This document shows positions 37,246 to 39,932 of a stretch of 39,932 nucleotides of DNA, piece by piece. A program made the translations under genes and the position numbers. Source of the DNA: Octopus bimaculoides. Taxonomy: Eukaryota. The DNA is taken from NCBI RefSeq assembly GCF_001194135.2, contig NC_068981.1:162330447-162370378 (forward strand), read 5' to 3'. The first letter of the stretch is position 1; each line of letters opens with the position of its first letter. Below the pieces are notes generated by a model, which made no database searches, had not been told where the DNA came from, and worked only from the letters and a program-made list of their open reading frames with translations.

Positions 37246-37831
37246 TTACTGAACCACAAAGTTACAGGGATGCAAACAAACCAGCACCAGTTGCCAAGTG
37301 GTGTAGGGGAACAAACACAAAGACACACACTGACACATACATTCACACATGTTACACACACACTTATTCAATGGGCTTCTACACAGTTTTCATCTACCAA
37401 ATTCACTCACAGGACATCGGTCAGTCTGGGGCAATTGTAGAAGAGCTGGCCCAAGCTACTGCACAACTGGACTGAACTCAAACCCACATGGTTGCAAAGC
37501 GAACAAGCATCATAACCACATGGTCATTTCTCCACCAATAAATTTACTGAACCACAAAGTTACAGGGATGCAAACAAACCAGAACCAGTTGCCAAGTGGT
37601 GTAGGGAAACAAACACAAAGACACACACACTGACACATACATTCACACACATATTCAATGGGCTTCTACGCAGTTTTCATCTTCCAAATTCACTCACAAT
37701 ACATTGGTCAGTCTGGGGCAATTGTAGAAGAGACTGGCCCAAGCTACTGCACTACTGGACTGAACTCAAACCCAGTGGCTGCAAAGTAAGCAAGCATCAT
37801 AACCACATGGTCATTTCTCCACCAATAAATT
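37246..37831 (-). repeat. Tandem duplication (~298 + ~288 bp) of an aged family A-related SINE plus flank
   Basis: Units 37246-37543 and 37544-~37831 both begin ttactgaaccacaaagttacaggg and end catttctccaccaataaat. Confidence 0.9.
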
Positions 37832-38625
37832 TCACATAGATTTTATTTGAAAATGATGTGAGTATAATGAGATAGAGAGAGAGAGATAATGGGAAAGAAG
37901 GGAGAAAGAAACAGAGTGATACTGGTCAATGAATGAAAGGCTGAAGGCAAGGAGAAAACAGGATATAGATGGAAGTGGAAGAAGCAAAAAACATACATCT
38001 AAAGTGTTAATATTAGAACTGGTAAGATGTTCAAACATTCAAAGTAAAAAGCATTATGTGAAATGAGAGGTTTTTGATTACATAAATAAATAGATAAATT
38101 GATTTTGATATTAAAGTGGGTAATGGGTTAATTAGATTAAATAAAATAATTTCATTTAATTTAATATCATTTTATTTTATCTGTTTAACTTATTCTGCCT
38201 TTAAATTTTGAAATCTTGTTTTATTAAAACTTAATTCAATCTCATTTCCCTTTTTCTTTTTACCATTCACTATTTCAATATTTTAATATTCACTATTTAA
38301 ATATGTTAATTTTTTTTTTTTTAATGTGTTAATATTTTATTTATATTTTGACTTCTTCAAAATTAAAGTTTAACTCAAGTGTTTTTTCTTCATGGAGAGT
38401 TATTGCAAAGGAGATAATCATTTCTTTATAATATTTGGTGGGATTAGAAATTTGAATTTGAAACTAAGGAATAATATGGAAAAAGATGCATACACTTCAC
38501 ATATTTATTTAAAATTTTTTTATTATTTTTTCTTCATATATTACAAAATTCTTTAAATTTCTAGTTGGTGGTAGTCGTCATGTAGTTTAATTTCTTTCCC
38601 CACCAGTAATGAGAGCCCTAATAAA

Positions 38626-38899
38626 CAGGAGTTGGAGAAAATAATGGAAACACCTAGCATCATAACATCAAAATTTTAAAATATCTATAAAACCATCAAA
38701 AGCTAGTTTATTTTTATGTTTATTGATTTATTATTTGTATTGCTTAATATTTGTTGCTAAAATTACTGTTTCTTTTCAGATATCATCAGAAAAAGGTAGT
38801 TAAAATTCATTAAAATGACAGATTTATCAGACTTTCAAAGAGGTCAAATTGTTGGTGCTCGTATGGCAGGTGCTAGCATAATGAAAACAGCTGAAATGT
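38626..38899 (+). mobile_element. Tc1-like DD36E-family copy 3, 5' fragment
   Basis: Left TIR caggagttggagaaaataatggaaacacct and ATG start MTDLSDFQRGQIVGARMAGASIMKTAEM, then stop and truncation. Confidence 0.88.
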
Positions 38900-39711
38900 A
38901 GGAAACAGAACGTATGATCCAATATGTGCCTATTTAAAAGGACACAAACAAACTGTGAACATATTCTTGCTACATGTACTTATAAAATATTACAGCGATG
39001 CCACAGCTCACAGTACTAAGCCATTACAACACAAATTTTACAGTGAATTCACATCATTTACAGGAAATATTTCTTTAATGCACCAATTTATATATACACT
39101 CTGTATTTGCTTGAATGTTTCAGCATGTCACCTGAATTTCATTTTCAAAACTTATACTTTAATATATTTTTAATGTATTTATCTCTCTATTTATGGAATC
39201 AACGACCTCTCATTCCAAATATATGATTATTCCTACTGTTAGCTCTGAATTCTTAAACATCTTCTCTACATGAATATTAACTCTTAAACTATTCTTTTTT
39301 TTCCATTCAATTTGTTTGCATCATGCTCTTCCTTTTCTTCTACTCCTCATCCATCATTCTACACTCCTAACTTTAAATTCCTTCCCCTCTTCTTTTTTTC
39401 CATTGATCTCACTTTCTTTTTTTCCTCCATCCTCCCTTCTTTCTGTCTTTCTCTCTCTCTCGCTCACACACACACACTTATTTTCTCCAGATAAACTTTG
39501 TTAGATATTTATAGACAGAAAAATCCATGCCTTGGAGTCCATCTCTCTCTTTCTTACTCTCTATTCCTTTCCATTGTTTTTCTTTGCAAAAGAATGATCA
39601 TAAATATCCTTCACAACTTTATATTTTTTTGCATTGTGTGGTGGTGGGGGTGCATGTTTATATCTGCAAATACTTCTTTTATCTTTTATTTGTTATTCAT
39701 TTTAGTCATTA

Positions 39712-39915
39712 GTCTGCCGCGTCAGAATCAAGGCAGCCGATACGTAGGCCTTTCCATCGCACCGGCGGTTCGGCTGCGGCCATCCACCGCCGAGGCGTCC
39801 GCATTCTCTTTACTCGCTGCCAATCGCTTCCCTCTCGCTGCCGCTTGCTGCTGCTTCTTCTTCCTCTTCTTCTTCTTTCTCGTCCGCCTTGGCCGCCTTG
39901 GCCGCCGTGTAACAC
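39712..39915. promoter_or_regulatory. CpG-rich segment, candidate promoter/5' UTR
   Basis: Abrupt GC/CpG enrichment, a CCAAT at ~39820, (CTT)n and (CA)n; no TE similarity that I recognise. Confidence 0.35.
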
Positions 39916-39932
39916 ACACACACAGACACACA

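Overview
AT-rich eukaryotic DNA from a gapped short-read assembly; nearly every N-gap sits in a (TA)n, (CA)n, (GA)n or (GATA)n microsatellite. The SINE set and microsatellite load resemble an octopus/coleoid cephalopod genome (inference from recalled repeat sequences, not from a search). I cannot identify any intact host gene; most long ORFs in the track are microsatellite or N-gap artefacts. The window is almost all repeats. It holds about 20 SINE-like copies in four families (my labels A-D) and three same-strand copies of a ~1.27-kb Tc1-like element with a DD36E catalytic spacing. It also holds three maT-like (DD37D-type) remnants, a DD34D mariner remnant, a rearranged R4/Dong-like LINE, a Penelope-like RT fragment, and two probable Penelope terminal remnants with hammerhead-ribozyme-like motifs. 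Best leads: the DD36E family in an apparent mollusc, the hammerhead motifs, a tail-to-tail SINE hairpin (possible ADAR substrate), SINEs inserted into microsatellites including one nested in its own family, and a repeat-free palindrome cluster near 31.7-32.0 kb. A few splice-site-bounded candidate exons and a CpG-rich end (39.7-39.9 kb) hint at a nearby host gene.
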